Of a DNA stretch of 64,000 nt, positions 1 through 13,017 are shown piece after piece (within the stretch, counting starts at the first letter, position 1; each line of letters begins with the position of its first letter). Below the pieces are notes generated by a model that saw only the letters and a program-made list of their open reading frames with translations, was not told where the DNA came from and made no database searches. This DNA comes from Octopus vulgaris (Eukaryota): the NCBI GenBank assembly GCA_951406725.2, contig OX597816.1, forward strand, positions 65,782,001 through 65,846,000, written 5' to 3'. The position numbers and the translations under genes are program-made.

Positions 1-472
1 ATGCAGACGATGCGAAAGTCTCGCAGAAAATACAGAACCCCAGCGATGTTGCGCACCTGCAGCAGGAGTTGGACTTAATCTACAAATGGGCTGAGGATAA
101 TAATATGCAGTTTAATGCTGAAAAATTCCAGGCCCTGCGCTACCAGCATCCAAAATTGAATATTAAACTTACAGGATACACCGGTCCACAGGGAAATTCA
201 ATCCCAGAGCCTAAATCTGTGAGGGACCTGGGTATCGACATGAGTGATGATACCTCTTTCCAAGTGCACATTACCAGTATGGCAACAAAGTGCAGACGAC
301 TAGCTGGGTGGATTCTAAGATCATTCAGAACCAGAGATAAGGAAACCATGATGGTCCTCTGGCGGACATTCGTCCTCAGCCGCCTTGATTACTGCTCACA
401 GCTATGGTCACCCACCAGTGTAAAATTAACAGCGGACCTTGAAGCAATCCAGAGAAGATTCACAAAGAAGAT
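1..472 (+). mobile_element. CR1/L2-group non-LTR retrotransposon, RT C-terminal fragment (continues off the window's left edge)
   Basis: Frame 3 reads (Y)ADDAKV...[20 protein letters not shown]...VRDLGI...[13 protein letters not shown]...[12 protein letters not shown], i.e. the RT YADD motif and thumb; breaks at 472. Confidence 0.92.
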
Positions 473-570
473 ACCCGGTTTTGGTTACAGTGCACCGCAA
501 AATGTGGGAGTCGTTAGGAATCTAAATCGTAGGGGACAGACACACAACTTCATTTTTATATATAAAGATA
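473..570 (-). mobile_element. Probable 5' terminus of a non-autonomous Helitron
   Basis: Minus strand starts ATCTTTATATATAAAAATGAAGTTGTGTGTCTGTC, the same architecture as the 5' end of the Helitron at 13018. Confidence 0.5.
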
Positions 571-920
571 TATATACATATGTATATATATACATATATC
601 ATCATCATCATCATCATCACATATATATATACATATATACATATATATATATACATATATACATATATATATACATATATACATATATATATATACATAT
701 ATATATATACATATATACATATATATATACATATATATATATATACATATATATATATACATATACATATATACATATACATATATACATATATACATAT
801 ACATATATACATATATATATACATATATACATATATATATACATATATATATATACATATATATATACATATATATATATACATATATATATATACATAT
901 ATATATATATACATATATAC

Positions 921-951
<31 letters not shown>

Positions 952-1026
952 CATATATATACATATATATATATACATATATACATATATATATATACAT
1001 AGAGTTAATCCAAACAAGAAAACAAA

Positions 1027-1085
<59 letters not shown>

Positions 1086-1088
1086 TGT
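571..1088. repeat. (TA)n/(TACA)n microsatellite field with an internal (CAT)n run
   Basis: Directly visible. Confidence 0.97.
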
Positions 1089-1089
1089 A

Positions 1090-1830
1090 TTATTTTATGT
1101 AGAAAAATACAAACTGGGACAAGAACGTAAAATATTTAAAAGACGATACTAAAAACACGGACGGGACATTCGAAGCCTTCAATCTTTCGGCTGATTAATC
1201 TTGTCATTGCTCCGATCCGGCCAGCCCCAAGGAAAAACTAATCTACGAGCATTAGATTTCTTGGAAGAAGGATCGAATGTATACGAAACAGGGACAGAAA
1301 AACGGACGATGCCACACGAATATAAAATACAAAAAACAATAATGGTAAAAACAAGACAAAAACAGCGGGTGTCTTACGACTAATAAACAGTACAACAAGT
1401 TTAGCTGGCGTATTTTGAAAAAATGCATTTATCGGCAGACGAAGACAACAGATGTTCTCCTGGCAGTGGTTGAAGGCAAAAGGCTGATTTGACCAGCGGT
1501 CACGTGACAGAAGAAGGAGAAAAGTAAGGGGGAAAAGGAAACAAAGAGAGAGAGAGAAAGAGGGACGAAGGCAACAAAGGGGGGAGAAGAGAGAGAAAGA
1601 AGGAATTAAAGGGAGGAGAAGGAAGAGTGCATGCCAAGGAGGGCTAGTGAGTGCAAGGTGAGAACGACAGAGAATTGTGAGAGAGTGGGGGGAAGAGTAG
1701 ACCAAAGAATCAGAGGCAAGAAAAGAGAAAAGGAGAAGTAGAGAGAGAGAGAGAGAAGGGGACAGATCAAAGTAGAGTGCAAAGTGTGAAAGGCAGAGAA
1801 ATGTAGGAGAGAGAGACAGTGTGTAGAGTG
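1090..1830. repeat. Unclassified CpG-retaining, purine-rich repeat-like segment inside the LINE
   Basis: Lies between two halves of one LINE; GA-rich second half; no recognisable protein motif. Confidence 0.3.
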
Positions 1831-1880
1831 GTACCAAATTTTTATAGGAATATGTACCTACATATTAGGCCAACGAGGGT

Positions 1881-2079
1881 ACAGCGGACCTTGAAGCAAT
1901 CCAGAGAAGATTCACAAAGAGGATTGTCTCTTTGCAACAGCTCAGCTACTGGGAAAAGTTGAAACAGCTAAGACTCTACTCCCTGGAGAGAAGATGGGAG
2001 AGGTATGCAGTAATATATGTCTGGAAGATCCTGGAAGGAATTGTGCCAAATTTTGGCATTGTAAGCTACACCAATGCTA
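1881..2079 (+). mobile_element. Continuation of the CR1/L2-group LINE from 1-472
   Basis: [58 protein letters not shown]; near-identical to the 32208 copy. Confidence 0.9.
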
Positions 2080-2242
2080 CACATGTAAATATAGATATAT
2101 ATACATATATATATACATACATATATATATACATATATATACATGTAAATATAGATATATATACATATATACACATATATATACATATATATTTCTACGT
2201 ATACATATATATACATATATGTATGCATATATATACATATAG

Positions 2243-2760
2243 CCTCTGTGCAGCATATAAGCTACTGGGAAAGACTCAAGAGATTAAAACTCTATTCCTT
2301 AGAGCGTAAGCTAGAAAGATATGCCATAATATACATCTGGAAGATCCTGGAACGTCTTGTCCCAAACTTTGGCATCGAGAGTTACACAAATACTAGAACA
2401 GGGTGCCACTGTATAGTGCCAAGGACTCCAAATTTGCCATCAAGATGTAGGACAAGATACTGTGATAGCCTGAGCTTCAGAGGTCCACAGCTCTTTAATA
2501 TCCTCCCGAAGGACCTGAGAGACCTGCATGGGGTGGATGCAGATGTCTTTAAAATGAAACTGGATCTCTTCTTGTCAGGTATCCCAGATGAACCAACTTC
2601 ACGGCAGGAGGTGCAGATGAGGGCAGCTGCATCAAACTCTCTCATGCACCAAATGGCAATTGCTAAAAAGCATTCGTGAAGTAAAATCATGTAGCAACAC
2701 CAAATGGCGGTGCCCCAGCATGGCCACAGCTCGTGAGCTGAAACTAGATAAAATAAAATA
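2243..2760 (+). mobile_element. CR1/L2-group LINE 3' end (different subfamily) with 3' UTR stem-loop and (TAAAA)n tail
   Basis: ORF 2248-2679 [17 protein letters not shown]...GPQLFNILPK...IPDEPT; tail GGTGCCCCAGCATGGCCACAGCTCGTGAGCTGAAAC. Confidence 0.9.
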
Positions 2761-2764
2761 ATAA

Positions 2765-2959
2765 ATATACATATATATTTGTATATATGTATATATATAT
2801 ATATGTATGTATATATATGTATTTATATATATGTTTGTATATATATGTATATATATATATGTATATATATATGTATATATATATGTATTTATATATATAT
2901 ATATATGTATGTATATATATGTATATATATGTATGTATATATATTTATGTATATATATG

Positions 2960-2997
<38 letters not shown>

Positions 2998-3071
2998 TAT
3001 GTATATATGTATGTATATATATGTATTTATATATATATGTATATATATATATATGTATTTATATATATATG

Positions 3072-3120
<49 letters not shown>

Positions 3121-3163
3121 GTATATATATATGTATATATATATATATGTATATATATATATG

Positions 3164-3210
<47 letters not shown>

Positions 3211-3323
3211 GTATATATATATATGTGTGTATATATATATATATGTATATATATATATGTGTGTATATATATATATATATGTATATATATATGTATATAT
3301 ATATATATGTATATATATATATG

Positions 3324-3354
<31 letters not shown>

Positions 3355-3369
3355 GTATATATATATATG

Positions 3370-3400
<31 letters not shown>

Positions 3401-3460
3401 GTATATATATGTATGTATATATATATACGTATGTATATATATGTATGTATATGTATGTAT
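2765..3460. repeat. (TA)n/(TATG)n microsatellite field
   Basis: Directly visible. Confidence 0.97.
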
Positions 3461-4336
3461 AAATATTATAGCGTAATGCTTTTTTGCAATCATGTGATGT
3501 CAACTCAAGGACATTCATATACTTAGACACACACATCACACACACACAAGACTTGCCTATCATTTAACATCTGTGTTCCCTGGTCACTTTGATTGTAATT
3601 GTGCTCCAGTATCTGCTTTGGTATGATTTCTATGCCTGCTTGCCCTTCCTAGTGCAAACCACTTACAGTATGTTTTGGATCCTTTTATTAATTTTCTTTT
3701 TCATGACGCTGGCATTAGTCATGTTGTCATACATCCTGCAAATCTATGAGCTCCAAGGATTGTAGATGGCTTCATGCTATGAAATGAGGGTCAAAGAATG
3801 AGAGAAGGAGAAAGGAAGAGCAGGCTCTTGCAGTACATAATCCCCATGGATGCTTACATTTAGATGAGTGACTGAGAATAATTAGTATGGGCTGTAAAGA
3901 AATAAACTGTAGTGATAAAATGTCCAGGTATGAAGTGAGTGAGTTGCTGTTTGCAAGATTATGTGGTGGAGCAAAAATGGTGGCACGAAAGAGGAGAGAG
4001 GAGGCAGGTAACAATTAGAAAGCTATAAAGTTTGTGTAGGGTTGAAAGTTGGATATAAGGAATGGTGAATGACCGATGGTGTATGATTTGAGGAAGGTAC
4101 CAGGATTAAGATGTGCTTCTTTCATAAGCATATCTTATGGTTTTAGTCAGTCCAAGATTACATGGCACCCAAGATTACATGACTGGGAGGCAAGCTTTTT
4201 TACCACACAGCCACATCTGCACCTATTTCATACACACGTATATATATATACACACACACACACACACAAATATACACACACATACATATACACACCGGCA
4301 CATATATACTTACACACGTATGTACATACATATATG

Positions 4337-4372
<36 letters not shown>

Positions 4373-4437
4373 CACTCTTTCTCTCTCTCTCACACACACA
4401 CACATATATATTTATACATCATACACTTACATATACT

Positions 4438-4500
<63 letters not shown>

Positions 4501-4549
4501 TTATATACATACATACATACATATATATACATATATATATATATATATA

Positions 4550-4952
4550 GGCATAGGAGTGGCTGTGTGGTAAGTAGCTTGCTTACGAACCACATGGTCC
4601 CAGGTTCAGTCCCACTGTGTGGCACCTTGGGCAAGTGTCTTCTACTATAGCATCGGGTCGATCAAAGCCTTGTGAGTGGATTTGTTAGATGGAAACTGAA
4701 AGAAGCTCATTGTATATATGTATATGTATATATATGTGTGTGTGTTTGTGTCTGTGTCTATTTCCACAACATCGCTTGACAACTGATGCTGGTGTGTTTA
4801 CGTCCCTGTAACTTAGCAGTTCGGCAAAATAGACCAATAGAATAAGTACTAGGCTTACAAAGATTAAGTCCTGGAGTTGATTTGCTCGACTAAAGGTGGT
4901 GCTCCAGCATGGCCATAGTCAAATGACTGAAACAAGTAAAAGAGTAAAAAGA
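4550..4952 (+). mobile_element. tRNA-derived SINE family A (CORE-like body, tail shared with the CR1/L2-group LINE)
   Basis: A box TGGCTGTGTGG, B-box-like GGTTCAGTCCC, GGCACCTTGGGCAAGTGTCTT, tail GCTCCAGCATGGCC..GACTGAAAC; several homologous copies in the window. Confidence 0.85.
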
Positions 4953-5534
4953 GAGAAAGAGAGTGTATATATATGAACAGAACTGAGAAACAATAGTATG
5001 CTTCAACATGTATTTATATGAATTTATCCTAGTAAGGATGTTTGTCCTTAAAGTTCAAATTTTTCTGGGCACTATTATCAAGAGACTATCTATAACATGT
5101 TTACTTTAGCATTTTATAACACATTGTGTGTGTGTGTCTATATATATACACACACACACACACATACACACACATATATATATATATCTTCTTTAGATCA
5201 GTGAATCTTGAAGAAAGATAGCCATAAATAATAGCATGTATAAATAATGTGAAATCACTTTTAGATAGAAAAAGTTGAGCTCTGACTGTGAGACCCAAAG
5301 CTTTTCTATCCAAAGAGTCTTTTTACCCCAGTATTTTTACCAAATATTATAGCTTTGTTTCTTCAAGATTCACTGTTCCAAAAAAGAATTAATTCATGCT
5401 CTCTTAAAAGTTTCTCAATTCTTATGAAGCCAACAATCTCTCTCTCCCCCTCTCCCTCCCTCCCCCTCTCTCCCTCCCTCCTCTCTCTCTCTCTCTCTCT
5501 ACATACACACACACATATGTATATATATATATAC

Positions 5535-5800
5535 CACATGTCCATTTGACTGACCAGACTATCAGATGTTGTTACATATCACTAGTCACAATGTGCTTTG
5601 CATCATTTTAGCCTTTGTATGACACCATTCCACTGGCTAGGTAAGCAGGCCAACATTCCCCACTGATCAAATGGGAGACTGAAAAAATGTGAAATGAAGT
5701 ATTTTGCTCAAGAACACAATGTGCTGCCTGGCCTGGGAATCAAACCAATGATCTAACGATTGTTAGTGCAACAGCTCAGCCACTAGGCCACATGCCTTCA
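5535..5800 (-). mobile_element. tRNA-derived CORE-like SINE, old copy
   Basis: Minus strand AAGGCATGTGGCCTAGTGG (A box), GGTTTGATTCCC (B box), GTGTTCTTGAGCAA; related to 15440-15762. Confidence 0.65.
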
Positions 5801-6057
5801 CACACACACACACATACACATTTTTGTAGAAAAGCACTTGATCAGCTAAGAGAATAATGATAAACTTAAAGTAAAAAGAAACACAAATCTTGTAAATACA
5901 GCTACCCAGGGGTTCCTGGTCAAAATAATAATTTATTCCACCATTTTCAGTTTGATAAATGGAGAAATAAGTTATTATTTCGTCCAGGAAAGCCTGAGTA
6001 GCTGTATTTACAAGATATGTTTTATTTTTAATTTTAAGATTATATATAAATGTGTGT

Positions 6058-6113
<56 letters not shown>

Positions 6114-6199
6114 ATATCATTATAATCACCATGTAACATCTGTGCTTGATGCTAACAAAGTTCAGATGATTTTACAGAATCCAACAAGCCCAATGACTA

Positions 6200-6832
6200 C
6201 CTCAAGCTCTAATGTCTATCATGGCAAGGTTTCTACATCTACGATGGGGTACTGCAAAGTTCCCTGCTTTAAGGGTATCGCAAAAGGCCTGGTTGCAGGC
6301 TCAACCATCCAAGTTCTTTCACAAGGCTTAGAAAAACTGGAGGACCACTGCAATAAGTGTATGAATCTGAGAGGCAAGTCATCATCATCATCATCGTTCC
6401 ATGCTAGCATGGGTTGGACGATTTGACTGAGGACTGGTGAACCAGATGGTTGCACCTGGCTCCAATCTTGATCTGGCAGAGTTTCTACAGCTGGATGCCC
6501 TTCCTGACACCAACCACTTTTACGTGCCACCAGCATGAGCACCTGTCAGGTGGTACTGGCAACAGCTACGCTCAAATAGTATTTTTTACATGCCACCTGC
6601 ATAGGAGCCAGTCCAGCGGCACTAGCAACGACCTCGCTCGAATTTTGTTTTCACGTGCCAGTAAGGCAACACTGGTAACGATTACGCTCGAATGGTGCTT
6701 TTTACGTGCCACTGGCGCAGAAACCGGTTAGCCACTCTGGCAATGATCACGCTTAGATGGTGCTCATAGTGCTCCACTAGCACGGATGCCAGTCATCGAA
6801 TTTGATTTCGATTTCGGGGAGTGTGTTGAATA
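6200..6832 (+). mobile_element. Possible mariner transposase C-terminal relic interrupted by an RTE-end repeat
   Basis: ...SQGLEKLEDHCNKCMNLRG before 6376, resuming GECVE* at about 6815, resembling the mariner C-terminus. Confidence 0.4.
6378..6815 (-). mobile_element. RTE 3'-end repeat (family C) with (GAT)n tail
   Basis: Minus strand: GGCACGTAAAAAGCACC modules, AGGAAGGGCATCCAGCTGTAGAAAC, CCAACCCATGCTAGCATGG, (GAT)n. Confidence 0.85.
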
Positions 6833-7589
6833 AGATTCACTGAACTTTTCAGTACCCTCTTTGAAAAAGCTCTTCTTATTTGCAACTGCTTTGTGTATAC
6901 TGAATCTTTTTTCAAGGCATCAGCACTAATAAATTTACCATGCAACCAGAATGCCTAATATCTCATTCAAGTAAATGGAGCTACAGTAGAGAGAGTGGTG
7001 GCATTATGCTATGTGATGAGAGGTTTAAGTGGGTGAGAAGGGACCCAAGCAGAACAGGTTTCCTGCTGTTGATGAGCAACATGTTTATTCACATTAAAAA
7101 AGAGAAGGTGGGAGTGGAGCTGGAAAGTGAGAAAAGTAATGATGATGAGTTGTCATGGTGGAAAGATAATTTGGTGGCTCAGGTGTAGTATCAATGTAAA
7201 ATGTGGGTAGACAGGACAGTATTAAGAATGAAAGATTGATATCAAGTGAAATGTTTCTGGGTAGTAAGCAGGATAAGTGTATGAAGGAAATGCTGGTGAG
7301 CAGTTCAGCCAACATTTAATTGCAGTAGCAGAATGATGCAGTTAGAGAAATTATAGGTAGTGGAAATGTCTTTAGGAAGAAACTGGGCAGGGAATCCAGT
7401 TTTGCAGAAAATAAATGAATCTGCTCAAGAACTTCTTGTTGCAAGTCATCTCAGTCCTTTCTCATCTCTGTGACATTCACGATCCTGAAATCAGTCTTCA
7501 TCACTTTGTCCCATATCTTCCTAGGTCTCCCTCTTTTACAAACTCTATCTCTGGTTGACACTTCTTTATACAACTGTCTTCATCCATAT

Positions 7590-7965
7590 ACATCATCATC
7601 ATTTAGCGTCCGCTTTCCATGCTAGCATGGGTTGGACGGTTCAACTGGGGTCTGGGAGGCCAGAAGGCTGCACCAAGCCCAGTCTGATCTGGCAATGTTT
7701 CTATGGCTGGATGCCCTTCCTAACGCCAACCACTCCGTGAGTGTAGTGGGTACTTTTTATGTGCCAGACGAGGCTGGCAAACGGCCACGATCAGATGGTG
7801 CTTTTTACGTGCCACTGGCACGGATGCCCGTCGGGGCGGCGCTGGCAATGGCCACATTTGGATGGTTCGCTTACGTGCCACCGGCACTGGTATCACAGCT
7901 ACAATTTCCATTGATGTTGATCGATTTCGATTTTGATTCTGATTCTCACTTGTCTCAACAGGTCT
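7590..7965 (-). mobile_element. RTE 3'-end repeat (family C)
   Basis: Same motifs as 6378-6815. Confidence 0.85.
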
Positions 7966-8469
7966 TACACACATCTATATATATCATATATTCATATCAG
8001 TGCAAGTCTTCGTTCTTGTACCCTACATTGGATTTCTCTTATACCTTGTTTTTCTCCCAACACACATGTGCTTTTCTGGTTCATGCACATTTACATTGCT
8101 CATCCAATGAAGTATGCTAGCTTTATTTCCTTCCGGACTTCTCAAGTTCTTTGAATTCAAAGCTCAACCATGCACATTGAAGTTCTAACACAAGCATCAT
8201 GTCATCAGCCATTCAACTTGAAGCAAAGGACCTTTGTTGCTGAGCCATTCCGACCTGTCCTTACCCTAGCTACTGCTTCCTCGGAAACAAAAGCTATCAA
8301 CCATTTCTAATGCACCGTACCTATCCATTCATCTGTCTGCTCTCTCTCTTTCTTTCTCTCTCTCTTTCTTTCTCTCTCTCTTTCTTTCTTTTTCTCTCTC
8401 TCTTTCTTTTTCTCTCTCTCTTTCTTTTTCTCTCTCTCTCTTTCTTTCTTTTTCTCTCTCTCTCTCACA

Positions 8470-11060
8470 TATTTAGAAGTGATTATAGAGGCATCAAATT
8501 ACTGGACCAGGTCATGAAACTTATGGAAAGAATTATAGCCAAATTAATAAGGAACATAATCAGATTAGATGAAGTAGAGTTTGGCTTTATGCTGGGGAGA
8601 AGCACTACTGATGTTAAATTTATAGTCAGATAACTGCAAGAGAAGTATTTGGCTAAGAATAAGCTATTGTACTTGGCATTTGTTGACTTGGAGAAAGCCT
8701 TCAACAGAGTACCCCACTGTGTGATATGGTGGGCTCTGAGGAAGCTTGGGATAGATGACTGCTTGTGAAACTGTAAACTCCATTTATAGAGGTCCTATCT
8801 GTAGGGTGAGAGTTAATCATGTGTATAGCAATGAATTTAGTGTACAAATCGGCGTTCATTGAGGTTCATTCTTCAGTTGGCTCCTAATCATTATTGTCCT
8901 CCAAACCATAACAGATGGTTCAAGACTGGTTGTCCCTGGGAACTGCTATATGCTGAGACTTTGGTCACATAGCAGATTTTGTGACAAAACTAGGAAAAAA
9001 AAATTCCAAGCATGGAAATAAAACCTGGAATCAAAGGGCCTTAAGGTCAACTTGGCAAAGATCAAAGTTCAAGCAAACAAGAAAATAGACAGGATGCTAC
9101 CCACTTCAGGTAAATAGTCTTGCTTGATATGTAGTAACAGTGTTGACAGGAATTCCATATAGTGTACTCAGTGCAAGCAGGAATTCCATACAGTGTATTC
9201 AGTGCAAGCTATTCAGGGACACACAAGAGGTATGGTGAATAAGAGGAAGGTTACCAGAGAAAGTAGTGTTTGTATGTCGATGTACAGAGCTGTAAAGTCT
9301 ACAGTCGCATAGGGAATTGATTTTCTCAGATGCCCCAGGGGTTCTCTAGAGGTAGTGGATAAGTTTTGCTACCTAGAAGACCTAATCAGTTGTAGAATAC
9401 AGCTAGAATACGAATGAGGAAAATTCGGAGAGCTTTTACCATGCAACCAAAGATCTCTCTCTCAGTATAAAAGGAAGATTGTAATGATGCAGGCGTATGA
9501 ACAACAATTCTGCATGGTAGTGAGATGTGGGCTCTGAATGCAGAAGACATGCAAAGACTAGAGAGGAATGAAGTTAACATGCTCCCTTGGATGTGCAATG
9601 TCAGTGTATATGTGTGACAGTGTATTGAGAGAAAAGTTAGGCATAAGACGAATGAGATGCAGTGTTCAGGTGAGAAGACTGTGCTGGTTTGGTCATGTGA
9701 TGTGTATAGATGTGGATAGTTTCATAAAAAAAGTGCTGATCTCTTAAAGTGGATGGAACTTGCAGAAGAGGGAGACCCAAGAAAATATGGAATGCGTATT
9801 GATGACTGATCTCAAGACACTGAGCCTTATGAAGGAATGAAAAGGGATCAAGAACTCTGGCACCTTGCTGTACTCAAGAAGCTCTGACCACCACCTTGGT
9901 AATGCTTGTCCATGAAGGGCTCTACCCCACCCCTACTTCCATCCTCTCTCACCTGTCTACCTTTTGCTTCACACTTCATTTCTTAAATCACATCACTTCT
10001 CTATTAGTAAAGTAGGCACATACTACATTGTCCGGCTTTCTCAGCTGCCTCTCCACCCCCTCCTATTGCGAACCACTACCATTTCCCTTTATCTTCTCCT
10101 GCTTACAGTCTCCACTAATCTTCACCTTTTTGTGCCTTCTCACCTCTGTTATTCTCCATCATTAACACCTTACCTATTTGCTATCACCCTCAGTGCCATC
10201 ACATATCTATTGCAACCACCACCTCTCTCTGAGCCTCTCCTATATTTTACTCCATCACTTGCTACAGACACCACTTCCCATTCCACCCACTCACTCAGTC
10301 CACTCTGTATCAGTCCACTTATTCTCACCACCCCCAATGTCCCTTGAGGGCATGTGTTGATACCTTTGCCACCATCTCTTTCACTATTGCTATCTTTATC
10401 TTACTCTCTCTTCCTCACCTACTCTTTTTATCTTACCAACTTCTCCTTTTCCTCCCTACTGTGGTATCCATATGGCTACTCAACAGCAAGACACCTATCC
10501 TTGTCTCTCTATACCTATTTCTTTACTACCCACAAGGGGCTAAACACAGAGGGGACAAACAAGGACAGACACACAGATTAAGTCAATTACATCGACCCCA
10601 GTGCGTAACTGGTACTTATTTAATCGACCCCAAAAGGATGAAAGGCAAAGTCGATCTTGGCGGAATTTGAGCTCAGAACATAGCGGCAGATGAAATACCA
10701 CTAAGCATTTCACCCAGCGTGCTAACGATTCTGCCAGCTCGCCACCTTTAATCTGTCAATTGGCACAAAGCTACCCTTGCTTCAATACTTCTTCCTTCCC
10801 AACCAAAATGCTTTGTCTCACAAGTCATTTGATGATTTTGCCAGTGCTGGTGCTACATAAAAAGCACTGGTGTTGGTGCCATGTTAAAAGCACCCAGTAC
10901 ACTCTGTAAAGTGGTTGGTGTTAGGAAGAGTATTCAGTTGTAGAAACCATGACAAAGCAATGGAGCTTGGCATGGTTGCTAGCATTACCAGCTCCTGTTA
11001 GACCATTCAACCCATGCCAGCATGGAAAACGGACATTAAATGATGTTGATGATAATGATT
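8470..11060 (+). mobile_element. Decayed RTE-clade LINE: RT, Cys-rich insert, C-terminus, long pyrimidine-rich 3' UTR and (GAT)n tail
   Basis: YRGIKLL..MKLMERII, FGFMLGRSTTD, LQEKYLAKNK.LYLAFVDLEKAF.RVP, ELLYA, LHGSEMWAL, GRPKK.W with stops and frameshifts; family-C end at 10820-11060. Confidence 0.85.
10515..10750 (-). mobile_element. tRNA-derived SINE family B (Meta/MESC-like core) nested in the RTE 3' UTR
   Basis: Minus strand GGTGGCGAGCTGGCAGAATCG...CAAATTCCGCC...TTTGCCTTTCATCCTTTTGGGGTCGATTAAATAAGTACCAG. Confidence 0.8.
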
Positions 11061-11096
11061 ATATAATTATATATACATGTATGTATGTATGTATGA

Positions 11097-11463
11097 ATCA
11101 TCATCATCATCATTTAACATCCACTTTCCATGCTAGCATGGTTGGGACGATTTGACTGAGGGCTGGCAAACCAGATGGCTGCAACAGGCTCCAATCTGAT
11201 CTGGTAGAGTTTCTACAGCTGGATACCCTTCCTAACGCCAACCACTCCAGCACAAGGACCAGTCAGGTGGTACTGGCAACGGCCATGCTCAAATGGTGTT
11301 TTTTACATGCCACCTGCACAGGAGCCAGTCCAGCAGCACTGGCAACGAACTCGCTCGAATGTTTTTTCACATGCCACCAGCACAGAAGCCAGTCAGCTGC
11401 TCTGGCAACAATCATGCTGTGATGGTGCTCTTAGCGCCCCACTGGCACAGGTGCCAGTCATCG
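11097..11463 (-). mobile_element. RTE 3'-end repeat (family C)
   Basis: Same motifs; tail-to-tail with the 11060 RTE end. Confidence 0.85.
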
Positions 11464-11654
11464 TAATACACATTTATGGATAGATATATAGATGTTCTAT
11501 TCTGCTTGTAGCTATTCCATTCTTAATAATAAAATCCTTTCTAGTAAAGACAGATGAAATACTACTAAGCATTTCCCCCAGCATGTTAACAATTCTGCCA
11601 TCTTAGTGCCTTGTTGTTGATGATGATGATGATGATAATGAAAATAATAACTAT

Positions 11655-12010
11655 TCTCCCCAATCTCTACATCCCTCTGGCTTGGTTCTGATATTTTTCA
11701 TTCAACATCTTTGCTACCCACCCAGTTATCGTATGGTATTGCTAAGTCTATGATCTTACACTTTGTTTCTTTTGTCCTCTATAATCATATCTGGTATTCT
11801 TACTTCAATAGTATGGTCAGTCTTTATGTCCCATAAAATCTTGTAATTTTTATTCTCTATCATAGCCTCTGGTTTGTGTTCATGTCACTTGTCTTTTATT
11901 TTGAAGCCACACACTTGGCTAACATCCCAATGCACTCTTTTACCTACAAAGTCTTGCCTGCAATTATACTCATTTTGTGCTAGCTTACTGCATTCTCTCA
12001 AGAGATTGTT
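11655..12010 (-). mobile_element. R4/Dong-like non-LTR element, C-terminal zinc-knuckle/RLE endonuclease relic
   Basis: Minus strand ECSKLAQNEY..QDFVGKRVHWD...KILWDIKTDHTIEVRIPD...KIIDLAIPYD with stops and frameshifts. Confidence 0.75.
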
Positions 12011-13017
12011 GACTTGCAAAAACAGTGCAATCCTGTATTTTGGAAGAATCCTAAGAAGCAGTCTTGAGATTTGAGAAGACTTATCACCAAACCTCTAGAT
12101 AACATACCTACTAATTAAATTAGCATGTAACAGCTTCGGAATAATAATAATTGTCCCAGTAGTAAACAGATGAAAGATAGTTATATTCATGTTAATATTA
12201 ATAGGAATAACAATAATCATAATAATGTTGGCATTAGTAACGTTAATTGTGATAGATATAATATGCAGATGGTATAGGAACAATAACATGTGGCATAAAC
12301 AAATGTAATTGGAGACTACTTAACAATTGCCCTTTGGGTAGTCACTCCATATGATATAATGTTGTTCATAGATGCACTGTCTATACAAAACACCAAAATT
12401 TGCCAAAATATATTTTGGTTCTTAGACTGGTTTAAAAGGAAACTTCTTAGCTTATGCCTGCTCATTTTCTAATATTATGCATCAACCCTCCACATTTTAG
12501 CAGATTATATCCGTCATCTCAAGGCTAATATTATGTCCTATATTTCCTGGCCTGATAATAGGACTCGAATGCCTTAACAAGGTCACTGCACTGCATGAAA
12601 TCAGTGCAGCAGAGAAGCTCTGAAAATTTGACTTGAGAATCGGGATCTTTTCCTTAATAAACAGAGTATTTACATTCTGCTGTCATTAATTTTCCAAAAC
12701 ATTTGCTTTTTACTGTGGATCAATGTGCTCAAATTATCTGAGATAACAATAAACCTATGTTTTCACCTAAAATCCATATCCTACTTTTATCTACTTACAT
12801 ATATGAACTAGGCCTGATTAGTATTAGTTGAAAACAGAAGAAAGGCTATATAGTTGATTAGAATCAGACTAGTCAAGACATATCATGAATTGAATTTTGA
12901 GGGAAACAGAGTAGAGAATGAAGATCAAAGAGAATTCATTGAAAGGAAATAAAAAGAGAAAGCAAGCTAGGCATGCCCTGCTATATAATGGGCAAAACGA
13001 TCTTTTGGTAGCAATAA

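Noticed and set aside
69-1130. 353-aa ORF with poly-His and YI repeats
   Set aside because: LINE RT fragment reading through into Helitron and microsatellite sequence; (TA)n lacks stop codons, so the length is an artefact
472-1881. TACCC/GGGTA as terminal inverted repeats of the insert
   Set aside because: Only 5 bp, overlapping the duplicated LINE sequence; expected by chance
2779-3563. Long Tyr/Ile/Cys/Met ORFs in several frames (also at 15, 17-19, 29, 31-36 and 40 kb)
   Set aside because: Translations of dinucleotide microsatellites
4550-4625. tRNA genes at SINE heads
   Set aside because: A/B boxes present but no intact cloverleaf, and they continue into repeat bodies
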